Assembly (NCBI GenBank): GCA_964234715.1
Contig: OZ174278.1
Reading direction: 5' to 3' (one strand)
DNA from: Podarcis melisellensis
Lineage: Eukaryota
Length of the DNA: 64,000 bases
Part shown: positions 25,476 through 38,319 of the stretch, piece by piece
How positions within the stretch are numbered: the first letter of the stretch is position 1
How the letters are laid out: every line of letters begins with the position of its first letter
Notes under the pieces: generated by a model
Seen by the model: only the letters and a program-made list of their open reading frames with translations
The model's database searches: none
Told to the model about the DNA's origin: nothing
Translations under genes and position numbers: made by a program

Positions 25476-26510
25476 ATATATATATTTATTAGTTTTCAAT
25501 TACATGCCAATAACAGCCTCATTATAGCAATGCCAATTTATAATACAATTATTAATACCAATCATTCAAATACCAAATTATATAATTTAATTAAAGTAGG
25601 CCCCCCACATGCTAGATTTGATGGCTTTCTAATTTTCTTTATTTCTGCATTCCAAAATCTTACTAGTTTCAGTTACATTCCTGTCATAATAATAATCCCT
25701 TATACAACAACTGCAATGTTAATAAATTCTATTTGTGTCGACACATTAAATAATTTATAAAACTTAAAGCGAGGGACTATATCATTGTTCTTTCTCCGTC
25801 TCATGCTTCATTGTTTTGCACCGAGAACTTTAACAGCAGCTGCAAAAGTTGCTCTGTCCCAGTAAATAAACTGTTGTCACCATTTTCCCCCTTCAGCCTG
25901 GGAAGAAGAGTAGTCTGTCAAACTATAGATGACTCAGTAAGAAACCTTATCTGGTCCTTGGCCGCTCACAGACTTCTTTCATCTTTCCAGCTAAAGATAT
26001 ATGACCAATTATCCTTCCAGTTAAATTAAATTCCAAGTCCTCTTAGTGTTATTCAGTTCACTTCATAGACAATAAAGGATGCGGAAGAGTTAGCTCTAAG
26101 TCTCCATCATAAACCTTTTGCAAAATAGAGTTTCCATCCCTTTCCCCCTTTTTTACACACACAGTTCAGTTTGATGTTATAATCCATATTTTAAATCCAA
26201 TTTCTTCCATCCTCACTTGTACAGGTATAATTTGAACTAACATTCAGGGGAGGGTTGCCGAATCATAAATGTAGATAGGAAAACTTTAAATAAACAAACC
26301 GTAGGATTCCCTCCCCCGCTGACTTTTGTACTGATTGAAGTGCAAATTGAATTTTATCTCAATTCAAACCTTAAAGTTCTTGCAGTTGGTTTGTTCGCAG
26401 TTTGTGATCTCATCTCTTCTAGCACACACCTGTACTTTAGTCCAGTTAAGCTCTAATTAACAGGAGAATCTCTGCTTCTTAATGGCAGCATTGGAGAGAT
26501 TTTTGCCAGG
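25476..26510 (-). mobile_element. Putative non-autonomous L1/HAL1-like retroelement
   Basis: The minus strand is purine-rich, with an L1-like 3' UTR ending in AATAAA plus (TA)n at ~25476-25490. No recognisable protein motif, so the family call is tentative. Confidence 0.4.
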
Positions 26511-27482
26511 CGAAGTGCTTTTGTACTCAGTGCCTCCCTGGCTCCTGCATTCCATGTTGCAGCAAGAGCCAGATACTGAGACAGAGTGCGAGTGAAGCCC
26601 ATCTTTGGGGAGAACTTGCAATAATGATTTACCCTCTATCATCCTCTTTTTTCCATCACCTACGCTCTCCTGCTGTCATGGGGGCTGCCTCCATTAAAGC
26701 AGACCAGAACTGGAAGCCGAGGGGAAAGGCTTGTAATGATGACGATGGCTTGTAGCTTGTTTCACACCAAACAAACCAGAAGGAGAAACAAAGGTTTGTT
26801 GTCTTACCACTTCTGGGTTGAAGAGAAACCAGCCATGAGCCTGGGTTCACATCTCATGGCAAGCCGGATTCTGGCTTCTTTTCTCCCCTGTGTAGCACAG
26901 TCAGGAGCAAGGCAGGAGCAACACACTTGTGGTCATTAAATCATCATTTGTTTTAATTTTGCCATGGATAACAAAACTCTGAAATGAGTTGTGTGCATCT
27001 TGAAAGCTGCTTGAAATTTGCAATGCAAGCATCCAACTTCTAAAAGATAAACTTAATCTACATTTTTGTTAATTTTCAGAAGCTGGAAGAGCAGTGAGAG
27101 CATAATGCTCATGAGCAGAGGAAAGGGTTTTCTGAGCACTTTCCGTAACTGGGAAGTGGGAGAACATTTGAACACCACCTAAAATCAGAAGTGAATAGAT
27201 GCATCTGCTTTGTGTGGGAGTGCAGTCTCAGAATTCTCTCTGACAGCTGCAATATCCAGCTAAAATATTATTCTCTTACTCCTACATGCTGAATATTCTT
27301 CCTACACACTTTTGGTTCAGATTAAATTCTCTCTCTCTTCCCTCTCCCTCCCTTGAGAATAAAAGAACTAGGCATTCAGGTCTGAGGTTGATCTGATTCA
27401 GGTATGTTGCTCGTGTGTAAAGGCTACATGTGAGAATGAGCATGATAGCGCCTCTCCTCAAATTGCTGCCCCCCCTCAAGGT

Positions 27483-27641
27483 CCATGAGTTGGAGGGTGA
27501 AATTTGAAGTGGAAAGCCCCCTTCTCGTGGAGACTCCCTTCCTGAATTTGAATGCCAATTTTGCAGAGTTCCCTGTCACTTGGTGGGAGCTCCTCAAGTA
27601 GAAGAGGGTTCCCTCTTCAGGCTTGACCCTCCAACTTGTGG
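27483..27641. repeat. Imperfect ~55-bp inverted repeat, probably a MITE interior
   Basis: ccatgagttggagggtgaaatttgaag...ggagactcc pairs with ggagctcc...cttcaggcttgaccctccaacttgtgg. Internal palindrome gaagagggttccctcttc. Confidence 0.7.
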
Positions 27642-29383
27642 AGAGTAAGGCACATGGCAGCGCAGGGACAGCTGAGTGCATTCATCCCTGCTCACCCTGC
27701 TTGCATCTAACATATATGCAAGCAACATACCCAAACAGGGCTATAGTTGTTGGTACTACAGTAGGTTGCTGCCATCATACAAGCAAAACCTTTCTGCCAG
27801 TCAGTCTTCCAGAAGGCATAACACAGAAGGGATGCTTTTGCAGTGACCCCACTTGGAAGTTTCACCACCTTCTGTAAGTATTCTGCTTTATAAATAAAGG
27901 TGGGACAGATGAAACTATGCAAGCCAAATTTATAGAAAAAGCCGTACAATGTTTGAACCATATATTTTTCCGGTATCTTTGAAGATTGTAGCGGATAGCC
28001 ATGGAATGTTTGACGCAATAACAGTGTATAATGCGTTCTGCGTGTGCATCTCCCCTCCTTCAAATAACACAAATTTGTTTGTGTTATGGGATGCTGGACG
28101 CAATAGGCTTTTGGTCTGTTCCAGCGGTCATTTCAGACCAAATTTGCATAGCTGCTCTAGAAAGATAATTCCAGTTAAAACTGACAATGATAAATCATGT
28201 TTTTTCAAGGAACTATAAAAAGGATTTTTAAAATCAAATTTGGAATAAATAATTTATGTTACTTCTTGAATAGATAATGTGTTTTATTGTATATCAAGCA
28301 TTTGTTTAGCAAACACGAATGTTAGCAGAATTTATATGAAAATATGAGTATGGGTAATGTAAATATTGGATGCTTAATAATACTCACATTTTCTCTATTC
28401 TGTTTTGTTGCATTTGAATTATTTGGTTTTAAAATGTTGCATTTACCCCTTCACTGCAGCTCTTGGAGTCACTGGCATTATATAGACCAGTTTTCTATAA
28501 AACCATGGGGTAGCTAACCATTTTTGTCTGGAAGACCGCATTCACCGTTGGCGCCAACCCAGATGAGCTGGGGCAGGCGATTATCACCCCATGCTGTTCA
28601 TGTTATCATCAGTCTGATGACCAGGGAGGGGGCAATTTGTATCCTCATCAGGGAGCTTATCTAGATGGAGAGGTTAAACCTCTCCACCTAACCCAGTGCT
28701 GTGTCTACTTTTTTGTTTTTCTTTTCTCAATGCTGCCCAAATTAGAGTCCTGGGGAACCAGAAGAATTTCCTTGGTGACAGATCAAACCCCTCTGCAAAT
28801 TGTGTTAGCTGCTTCTGTTTAAAACATTTATTTATTTTTTACCTCTCATTTTAGTTAGGATAACCTGAGAGTACCATGTGAAAAAATGAGGTGATGTAAA
28901 ATGGATTGGGTAACAAGAGGCAGGCCAGTGCAGCAGCCACATACGAGAAAGATAAAAAAGTGTTCAACAAGTTTTAACTATGTAAGATAAATGAGGATGA
29001 TTCAGAACATCTAAATGTGGAAGAGCTGGTAGTCTTCACGTAAACAATAGTGTTAATGGGGAGTTGTTTGTCCTCTTAAAGACATATGCAGGTCATTTCT
29101 TTAGAAAATTAACACCCCAAGCATGCATTCCTAGTTGCCAGCAGGAACAGGTTACAGGAAGTGTAAGGATGTTCCAGAACATAACAGCCATTTGGTATGC
29201 AGCATGGGTTTCCATTTTGCTGCTTAACTTTTTGAAGGGTTATTGTGTATACATGGAGTCACTAATGAAAGCTATTGACTGAATAGTGAAATTCAGAAAG
29301 TAAAGCTCTCTGAAGCACTGCTGCTGATTGATAACATAAAATAGCATTATGTGCAGGGCTCCCCCCACCCCCCATTATTTGCT

Positions 29384-29516
29384 AAGCCTTTGGCTAATAA
29401 ATAGTATTTGGCCTTTTAAACTGTTTGCGTAGGGTTATTGTTTTGTTCGTTATTATGGTGCGGATTTTTGTGTTTGTATATTGTAAAGTGCCCTGTGATC
29501 TTCAGATGAAGGGTGG

Positions 29517-29566
<50 letters not shown>
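29384..29566 (+). mobile_element. L2 3' UTR ending in an (AAT)n microsatellite
   Basis: aagcctttggctaat...ccttttaaactgt...gccctgtgatcttcagatgaagggtggtata followed by a pure (AAT)n run. Same family as 5010-5110. Confidence 0.75.
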
Positions 29567-29569
<3 letters not shown>

Positions 29570-31086
29570 TAGAAACCCAGGTTTGAAGGGGCCTGGACAA
29601 AGTGTCTTCTGGTGGGCCCTTCCTCTTTCAGTGGGCTCTGGCAGGCTTACCTGGCTGTGTTGGCAGTACTCCAACCAACACTCATCCTGTCACAGGATGA
29701 TGCTAAACCAGGGCCATTGTGGGAAATTCAAAGGGTACTGTTTGAAATGCTAGGTCAGAAGGTTTCTAAGGTGATAAAAGGGGAGGCCTCAGCAGTGGGC
29801 CCTGCCCGAGTGTTGGGCATGGCTAGCAACTGTCCAAGGAGAACATCCTTAAAGGGAGTTGTATTCATTGTGTGATTTTGCTGCAATTTGAGAAAGCAAG
29901 TGCAGGAACTTTGACTCAAGGTGGATTAAAACAATACAGTGAGCACTGTTTAAAAATGCTCCTGTGTGGTGGCAGTCCATGAGGAAGTGGTTTACTATGG
30001 TGAGGACCAGATAGCTGGGACTGGAACTGATCATCTGAACCAATTCCGCATCAACTCCTTCTCCCCCTCCAAATGCTGTTATGGAAATGCTTTCCTGTCT
30101 TAAATGCTTAGCCTGAACAATGGGCTACGCTGTTATTGTGTCTTTTAAAAATCAAGCAAAATGTATTTTATAAAAACACTGTACATTTTTTATTATTCAT
30201 TGTGCCCAGTAACAAAATTTGGTGTTGATTATTCTGGGGCAATAGGGGTTTGTGGCTTTAATCTATTTCATAGACAAAAAACTGATCCTCACTGGCCTTA
30301 CCAAATTTCAAGGTACAGTGTTCTTGAAAAGAAAAACCCATTATTTTCAAAAGGAGTTTGTGATTGGAGAGAGATTCCAGAATTTAATTTAAAAAATGCA
30401 AAGTTGTTGTCCCAGGAGCAGGCCTTGGGTCCAGGAAAAGCAGAGGCCAGTCTGTGTTGATAAACACAAAAGCAAGACTGTGATAATTGTAGTTTCTTGT
30501 ACCATACCTCACAAAATTAAATTTTCTGCTTCAGAGGAGATACATTTTGCACAAAAATTTTTTTTCCAAGGACAAATATAAACTATTTGCTGGCTCTGCA
30601 TAGAGTGAACCAGTCAAACTAGGTTTTGGGTTTGTCCCAAATATTCATTTTTAATCTACTAAATAGTGACAGGCAAAACCTGAAACAGTTAATTTTATAA
30701 GAAAAAGTATAGAGATGATTGGGGATACTAACCAAACAATTCATTAAATGTGAGGTTTTTGGAACACAGAACTTCAATGCTAATCTAAACAGGACAACAG
30801 AAAAGAGTACATTTGGGCACAAGTTTGGGTGTAAGTGCAGCTGCTGGGGTAGCAGATGGTGTTGCACCGAAGCAGAAAACGTGCATCATACATGCAAGAA
30901 TGAAAGGTCAGTAATAAATGGAGAATTTTTATAACACTAATGTTTGGCGGGAATAGATAGTTCTGTAATCTAGATCAGGGCGCTTCATGACCCATGCCGG
31001 AAGACAAGTGAACTGGCAGCTGCCTAGGGCCACACCCTGGGGACCAGCACTGTTCTCTCTTGCTCCATAGATGGTTGGGCATAGAA

Positions 31087-31187
31087 CAGGGTGGGGAACC
31101 TGTGACTCTCCAAGCATTGCTGAATTACAGCCCCACTCTTCCCTGAGCATTGGCCAACCAGTTGGGAGGGCCACAGGTAACCCATCA
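31087..31187. mobile_element. Short hAT-type fold-back MITE (internally deleted copy)
   Basis: cagggtggggaacctgtg...gagggccacaggtaacccat. Related partial copies at ~5670, ~8500, 33400-33455, 44085-44170 and 47716-47853. Confidence 0.65.
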
Positions 31188-31372
31188 GGGGCACACCGTT
31201 GAGTATTACTGATGAAGGTCCATCAGCGTGATTACTAAGATACATCAGTCCTTTATTTAGTGTTGGCAAAATGCCTATCGTCACAGCAGTTCTGGCACAA
31301 GGAAGGATTGTTCTATTCAAAGCTCCCTCGGATGGGTGCAGTGTGCTGTTGGCGTTGCTCTGCAGAATGACA

Positions 31373-32178
31373 GTTGCGTGTCGAGGTCCCCAGGGCCACC
31401 CCAATAACTCACACATCGCACAGTATTTTTTGTTTAAGATTTTGGCATAATTTTGGCCACAACTTTATTAAGATACAAATTTGTGAGTGGTTGCTTAGGC
31501 ATTGGTTACGACTATCTGCCCCCACCATGGGGGACAGACTGACATTCTGCACGATGCAAAAGTCAGAATAGGGGAATACACTTGGGGGTAGCGACAGAAC
31601 AGGGAACCTGCCCTCACCCCAAATGCAACCAGGAGCTCATTGCTATGGCCTGAGCCCCCTTGACAGTGTGGACAAGCAGTAGTTAGCCCCCAATTCCTTT
31701 AATCGAATCCCTTACTGCAGCAGCAGCATTAGAGGGGCAGGCACTCAATCTACCAAGGGCAGGCACTCAACCACTGCCCCTCAACCAAACAAACCATAAA
31801 CCAATGCCTAACCGCAACCTTACAAGTTGTGGCGATTTGCTACGCAGTAGGCAAAAACCAAATGGCCTCAGCCAATCAGCCAGATGGACAAAATTCCTAT
31901 CGGGCCCCTGCCCCAAGAGCAGACGACCCCATGACAGGCATAGCAAGGTCAAAGCGAACAAGCCTAATTCTAGGGAGGGGGGGACGGGCAATCCGATGCA
32001 CGGTCGAAAAGAGGAAGCCCTAGCCTCGTGCAAGGAGTTTTAGCATTTCTGGCTGTCAATCAACAAATGACAACATAAACTTCTTCCCAACAACAAGGGA
32101 AACCCCAATCACATCAGTGGCCAACGATCAATTAGCCCGCCCCCAACTTTGGAGTGTCCTGGCGGCCCCCACCGCAAC
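31373..32178 (-). mobile_element. Solo terminal repeat (DIRS/Ngaro-like or LTR-retroelement solo LTR)
   Basis: Inverted termini GTTGCG...CGCAAC. On the minus strand there are a GC box and CCAAT motifs near the 5' end, and AATAAAGTTGTGGCC ~90 bp from the 3' end. CpG-rich, with an internal tandem gggcaggcactcaa duplication. Confidence 0.7.
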
Positions 32179-34229
32179 ACATGCTCTCCATGAAGGAGAA
32201 CATGCTTTCTGGGTCGGCCCCCCAATGTTAAAATGGACTGACTTTTCCTCCTATTGCGAATCTGTGTTAAAGGAGTTTTACTTTCTGTCATGTAAAGATT
32301 GGTGGACACTCTTTAAGGTCACAGCTGAACGTGAGCTGTGCTCCTGGCAGCCACAGAAGTTGAGAACCTTGCCTGTTGCCTTCTGCATTGCACTTCCCTG
32401 AATCCTGCAAATCAGCATGCACATCACAGTCTGTACAGTCCTCTGAAATCTTCTTTGCCTTATTATTAATGGAAGATCTGCTTTTCCCCTGCCATTGAAT
32501 AAATGGAAGAAAATACTATGGGGGGAATTGTGTAAGGGCTCGAAACATTTCATGTTTCCTTGAGTGAAAGATGATGGATTATGGCTATTGTGGGAAGACA
32601 GGGAAGCATTACCCATATATTTAAATGGCTATATAGTGTGCCATGATTGAGAGGTATGTTAAACTGATACAGTTCTGTTGGAATAATTATGGCTATATAA
32701 ATGTATCCTATGGTCTCTCTTCAGGAGGATTGGTTCCCAGTTTGTTCCCTTTGAATCATTTCCCCCCTTCCTGGAGGTAAAAGAAGTACTGTTAACAACT
32801 TTAAAAATTTGTTTAGCAATCTGACCTTGACATAAGGAGACATTTGCTCACCAATATTATGTTGATGTAAACTTACAAATGTATAATATAGCAGTATGAT
32901 TCAGACTGCCTGGTTGCTGAGAACACAGGTGTTCCTTTTTAGGCATAAGTTTCTGCATCCATCAAAGGTGCATTGCAAAGTGATGTAAGCCAGGCACACC
33001 CCGGTGGCACCTGGCTTGTGGTTTTAGATGTGAAAAGCAACGGATTTCATTTTTTGCAGGCACTTTAAAGATTCTAGGCATCACTGATTATGGAGCAATT
33101 TTAAGATGCTGGTAAAGAAAAAGAAGACTTAAGATGAAGGCGCTGTGACCCTATGCTAATATACTTCTGAGAAATCATGCATATGATTGCACTATAGTGT
33201 GGGGAGTTCTAGAGGCTGTGCTACATTATAGCAAAGGGAACTCCTAAAATACTTTGTTCATGATTCAGTCCCGACCCATCACATATGGGAAGCTCCCATA
33301 TTAGAGGGGTGCATGTGTGCATAACAGAATGATTTAACATAGGAAGCTGCTTTATATCAGGACATATAACTGGTGTATCTAGCTCAGTATTATCTGATTC
33401 AGGTGGGGGGAACCTTTGGTCCTCCAGATGTTGTTGAACTACAACTCCCCACCAAGTGCATGGAAAAGAAATCAATAATCTCCCCCATTCCCCCATATTG
33501 CTGCTTCAGTCAACTAAACAGCCCCCCAATTGCATTTCCCTTTTTTTAAAAAAGCCCAACACACTAAAGGACTAAGTGACAATATTAGACTATACTGCAG
33601 GGTTGTCATACACTGCTCTCTCACAGCCCTCACCCCCAGTGATATTAGTATGGGCTATTTTTCGTGTGGTTCATAATTTCTCAACCATAACCTCCCCCAC
33701 CCTGCAGCAAAATGCACATACTAATGATAGGTTTTTATTTATATTTGCATCATGAGGGTTTTTCTTTTTTAATTACCCATTAAAAACACAGCTTTTTTTA
33801 CATGAAATTGAACCAGAGCTAGAAAGAGCGTGCACCCATGTCTTTGCCGCTACCTTTTGATTTTGGGTGGACATGCTATTACCCAGTCACAGCTACACTA
33901 AAACATTGGATTTCTCCATTCTTTTCCTCTGGGCAATAATCAATTCTCTTCCACGGAAGATGAAAAACCAGCTCCATAATTAAGCAGGTAGTCTGTTAAG
34001 AACGAACCCTGTAGTCCTTCTCCATTGTCTGACTCTACAGTGAGAAAACTAGAGTGACACAGGCACGAAGGAAAGCCCAAAAGCAGCTTCAAAATGAACC
34101 AGGAAGATCCTCCTTTATTGCCTAGAGAAGGAACTTTGTGGCTCATTTTGAAGCTATTTTTGGGTCTTCCCTGAGGCTTGTATGACACTACATTTCTCTC
34201 TAACACCCATCAATCCCAGCTCTGATTTC

Positions 34230-34670
34230 ACTCATTGACCTGGCTGCCAATTTGGAACTGGTCTAAGTTTGAGGTGCTGGCTCCAGTATACAAAACCTAT
34301 ACAGCTTGGGACCAATATACCTAAAAGATAGTCTCATCCCTTATATTACCCACCCAATCAACCACTGAGCAATGCAGGAGAGGGCCACCTGAAGATACCA
34401 TCATATTAGGAAGTCCATTCTGCACAATATAAAATTGAGCCTACCTTTGAAATTTTCTCTGGTTAAATATTAGACAGATGCCATGTTTGTTGACTTTTTG
34501 CTGCCTACTAATGACCTTACTCTCTTAACAAGCCTTTCAAGTAGATATTTCCCGCAATCTGTGCCTGTTGTTGGAATTGCTTTTAGATATTTTGATGGTT
34601 TTGTTGCTTGTGGGTTTTGCCATCCTAGGCTTCTCTGAGAGGTAGGGCAGAATATAGTAAATAGTAATAA
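34230..34670 (+). mobile_element. Old L2 LINE 3' fragment
   Basis: tggctgccaatt...aagtttgaggtgctgg...tatacaaaacctatacagcttgggacca encodes WLPI..KFEVL..YKT...LGP. L2-like tail at ~34620-34670. Confidence 0.65.
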
Positions 34671-37489
34671 TCTTAAAGGCCAGAGCCAGCTCATATCTTA
34701 AAAAGCTGCTTCTGACATAAACCTGTACGATAAAGAAGATGGTGCTGCTGCTTTAATCAGTCCATGTTGGGGCAGAGTGCCAAGGGCCTAGTTCTATTTT
34801 ACCACTTGATGGCATTTACCAGCCAGCAAACTGGAGGATATGAAGAGGAATTATGCAAAGATAATCAAAGCTTTGGAATATGTGAGAGGAAATTCTGAAT
34901 GAGCTGTTCATGGTTAAAGGGGGGGGGGGGAGATGAAATGGTGGTCCTGGCAGATGATTTAAAACATCTGAAAGGGTGTCATAATAAAGAGACACACACA
35001 CAAAACACCCTGAAAGAAGATTTAGAAGGAGTTCAAGTTGCCGCAAAGCCATTTTGCTATTGGGAAATATGACCTAAGAGCATGATGAGTTGGAAACAAA
35101 GCTACTGAGGAGAGTTTTGGAATCTTTCCCTGGAGGGTTTTAAGGTGACCACAGAATTTCACCTGTCAAGTGTAATTTAAATCTAGGTAAGCCCCTTTGT
35201 GATTTCTGCTACCAAACCAAATTCTTCACGTATCTCCCAGGCTATTCAGACACATGAGATTATTGTATCTCTAAAGCCTATTTTAAAAATCAAGAAAATA
35301 CCTGTAAATTTAAACTTCATAAAATTTAGTTGGGATTTGCTCGACTTCAGTCTAAGACAACATGTTTAGTTATTGCTCAGAAATTAACAGTGTGGGCACC
35401 AGTTTGGAACTCTAGGGGGAGGAACAGGAAGAAAAACAGAATGCCCACTGATGCATTATAGAAGAAGGAAGAAGCTTGGGGAATTAAGGTAAATATGAAT
35501 ATTAATGCCTTAATAAGTGGAAATGCTACCAAAAAGTACAGCTCTGCAAGGCTCTTGTAGACTTCCATTACTCTTCTCACAACTGTTAAACATTAGCCTC
35601 ACAAGAGGGTGTTAACACAGCTGGTCTGCAGCAGTCTTTTGTGTAGAATTATAGATGTGCTCTTTAGGAAATTACATCACGCTCTGTGCTGTCTTTGAAC
35701 CATCCTGAGCTCTGTTCTCCATTGCACATGCAGTTAACACTGGTAGTCAGTTTCTTGTCAGGCTTCCCTCCTGCATCTTGAATTCAGTATTAAATTGGAT
35801 GCTCTCAAGTCAAGAACTTGCTCACTTAAGTTGATGATAATTACTTCCCTGCTGGTGTGCTGGGAGGGTAGGACTGAATTGGCTCATGGTCTAGAAGCAA
35901 TTTGTTCAGGTCACCAAGGGCAGCATTCTTTGCATACCTAAACTTGTAGCATTGGGTTTCTTTTCCTTTCAATGTATGTAGTGCTTTTGATTTAAAACTC
36001 TAGCTATTTTTTCATTGTCAGACAGCAGGCCTGTACAAGGATTGTGGGCCGGCTGCAATCCCTTCCCTAACAATTTGTGGCCCCATTGGGAATTCCAGAT
36101 ACTAGCTGTTTGCGGTCTGTTTCCCACCTGCAGAGAAATCCATGCTGGTGGGGGGTGGGGAGAGGACAACTGTGATGGGGTACACCCATGGTAATTCAAA
36201 GTCAACACTTGTACAATGGAGAAAAGGGGAGTTTGCAAAGAGAAAAGTGAGCCTACTTGAGAACAAGAGTGGACAGACATTTGGCTAATCAAATCTGCTT
36301 GGCTTTACTTCATTTGCAAGATCTACCAACCAGAGCCAGCTGCAAAAGATGTATTAGCGGTCCCTCTGGACCACATTTTTAACATAGGAATTTGTTTTCA
36401 GTACCAAAGGTGAGCTGAGGTCACAGGTTCTTAACACACCAAACAACTTGGAACAAGGATACCTAGTAGACAGTATCCTCTGGTACAGATCAAGCCAATC
36501 TTCATGATCTTCCAAAAAGAAATTGCTGGTTTTCTGACAACCAGTGGATTGTCACTGTGTGACAATGCAGAAGTGGCCCTTCTTGGTGTTAATGATTCAG
36601 AAGGTGGGTGGTAACTCATAAGGCAGAAACAGTAATGACCTTTTAATGTCTCTTAGAAACTTTTATCTACCTAACCTTTACTAGACCCTGGCTCTAAAGC
36701 TTTAATTTTTTGTACACTGTTAAGTTGTGATATACAGTTGTTCTTTGTGCCTATCTCATTTCTATTTAGTCTCTACGAAATGTTATTTTTGTTCTTTTAC
36801 TGTTTCTATGCAAACCACTCAGAATGTTTTTTGTGTTGAGCTGTACCAAAGTTTTATAAATGAATAAAATCCGCCACACAAACACTGGGAATATGCTCTT
36901 TCTCAGTGACTTACCTTTAAACAATATTTATGCCCCCAAACAAAATTCAAAAATACTTAATACTAAGCAAACCAATGTTCCGTTGTCTTAAGTTACATTC
37001 CCATTCAGAAATACAGGATTTAATACTACCCTTATGAAATATGATGGTGATGTCACTTAAAAATAACTATTATGGTATAAATGCAATTTTAAAAGCCTTA
37101 AAAATAATTTTAAATGTGTACTTGGAACAATTCAAACAACACACTCAAATTGTATCATTATAACTTCCCATGTGTTGAGTCTGGCAGCTCATATTGAAGT
37201 TAGTTCCTTAGAAATCAGCTTTGCTGACTGCCAAATGAATCTGTTTTAGGGTCAAAGTGCCTGCCAGTTCTTTGCCAGAACTTAGCATTCCTTTTTCATT
37301 TTTGGAAACGGTTATTGGACTTCTAGGGCCAAGGCTATTTAGTTATGCTGTTTGACAGTCAACATATGCACATTAAATGGACTGCAGGTATTGTGGAAGA
37401 GACGGACTCCCAGCAAGTGCCTGCATTTCCTTCAGGATGCTTTGAGCTGTGGGAGGATTATCTGGCTTCACCCCTCCCTCCCGTTGCCA

Positions 37490-38060
37490 GTATTTTTTAG
37501 AATTAATTTTATTTGCAAATTTAACATGGGAAAGGTAGGGGGGAAATATAATTAAGAAAGAAAAGGAATATTAATAATAACTGTTGTTACAAATACAGTA
37601 GTAATAACAGTAAATCACCTTCAGTTCACATTGCAAATTCAGTGGCAAATACAGTACATGGATCTTAAATGAAAAATGCAAATTAATACAAGCCCTCCAT
37701 TTGTCAGAATAGGTATCCACACAGAATCGATGCCTATGTGAAATGAGTTTGAATGAGCCAGGTCCTCAGACCATCATGTAATATAGACGGTGGGTATTTA
37801 CCCTTCCAACTTTGAAAGACAAGTCTCTTGGCCGCCACAATAAAATCCACTTTGGTTGCCCAGTTGTTAATCTCCATACTACGGGGATAGAGTTTAAAAG
37901 TACATGGACATTTGCAGATATCAGGGAATTTAGCCAATACAAAATGGATGTGATTAACTTCAAAGCAAATGGACTATATCAGTCGCAAACCCACATATAT
38001 GTTGTGGGCTCACCTCTTGGTCAGTCTTGGTTTGGGAAAGAAAAATAGTAGCTGTGTAAG
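37490..38060 (-). mobile_element. L1-clade LINE 3' fragment
   Basis: ORF 37734-37937(-) VDFIVAAKRLVFQSWKGKYPPSI matches the L1 ORF2 C-terminal AA(K/R)..I...WK...P motif. Confidence 0.7.
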
Positions 38061-38074
38061 AACAACAGCAAGTG

Positions 38075-38319
38075 CAGTGGTACCTTGGGTTACATACGCT
38101 TCAGGTTACATACGCTTCAGGTTACAGACTCTGCTAACCTAGAAATAGTACCTCAGGTTAAGAACTTTGCTTCAGAATGAGAACAGAAATCGTGCTCCGG
38201 CGGCGTGGCAGCAGCAGCAGGAGGCCCCATTAGCTAAAGTGGTGCTTCAGGTTAAGAACAGTTTCAGGTTAAGAACGGACCTTCGGAATGAATTAAGTTC
38301 TTAACCCAAGGTACCACTG
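38075..38319 (+). mobile_element. Tc1/mariner-pogo MITE, copy 1 of 3
   Basis: TIRs cagtggtaccttgggtta / taacccaaggtaccactg|TA. Internal (gcttcaggtta) repeats. Near-identical to the copies at 41711 and 43258. Confidence 0.9.

Noticed and set aside
28606-28620. CTGATGA hammerhead-like core (also at 31209)
   Set aside because: There is no helix II plus GAAA downstream. It is only a short palindrome (tcatcagtctgatga).
38087-38275. Short interspersed direct repeats (gcttcaggtta) resembling a CRISPR array
   Set aside because: They are subterminal repeats of a eukaryotic MITE present in three copies, with irregular spacing and no cas genes.
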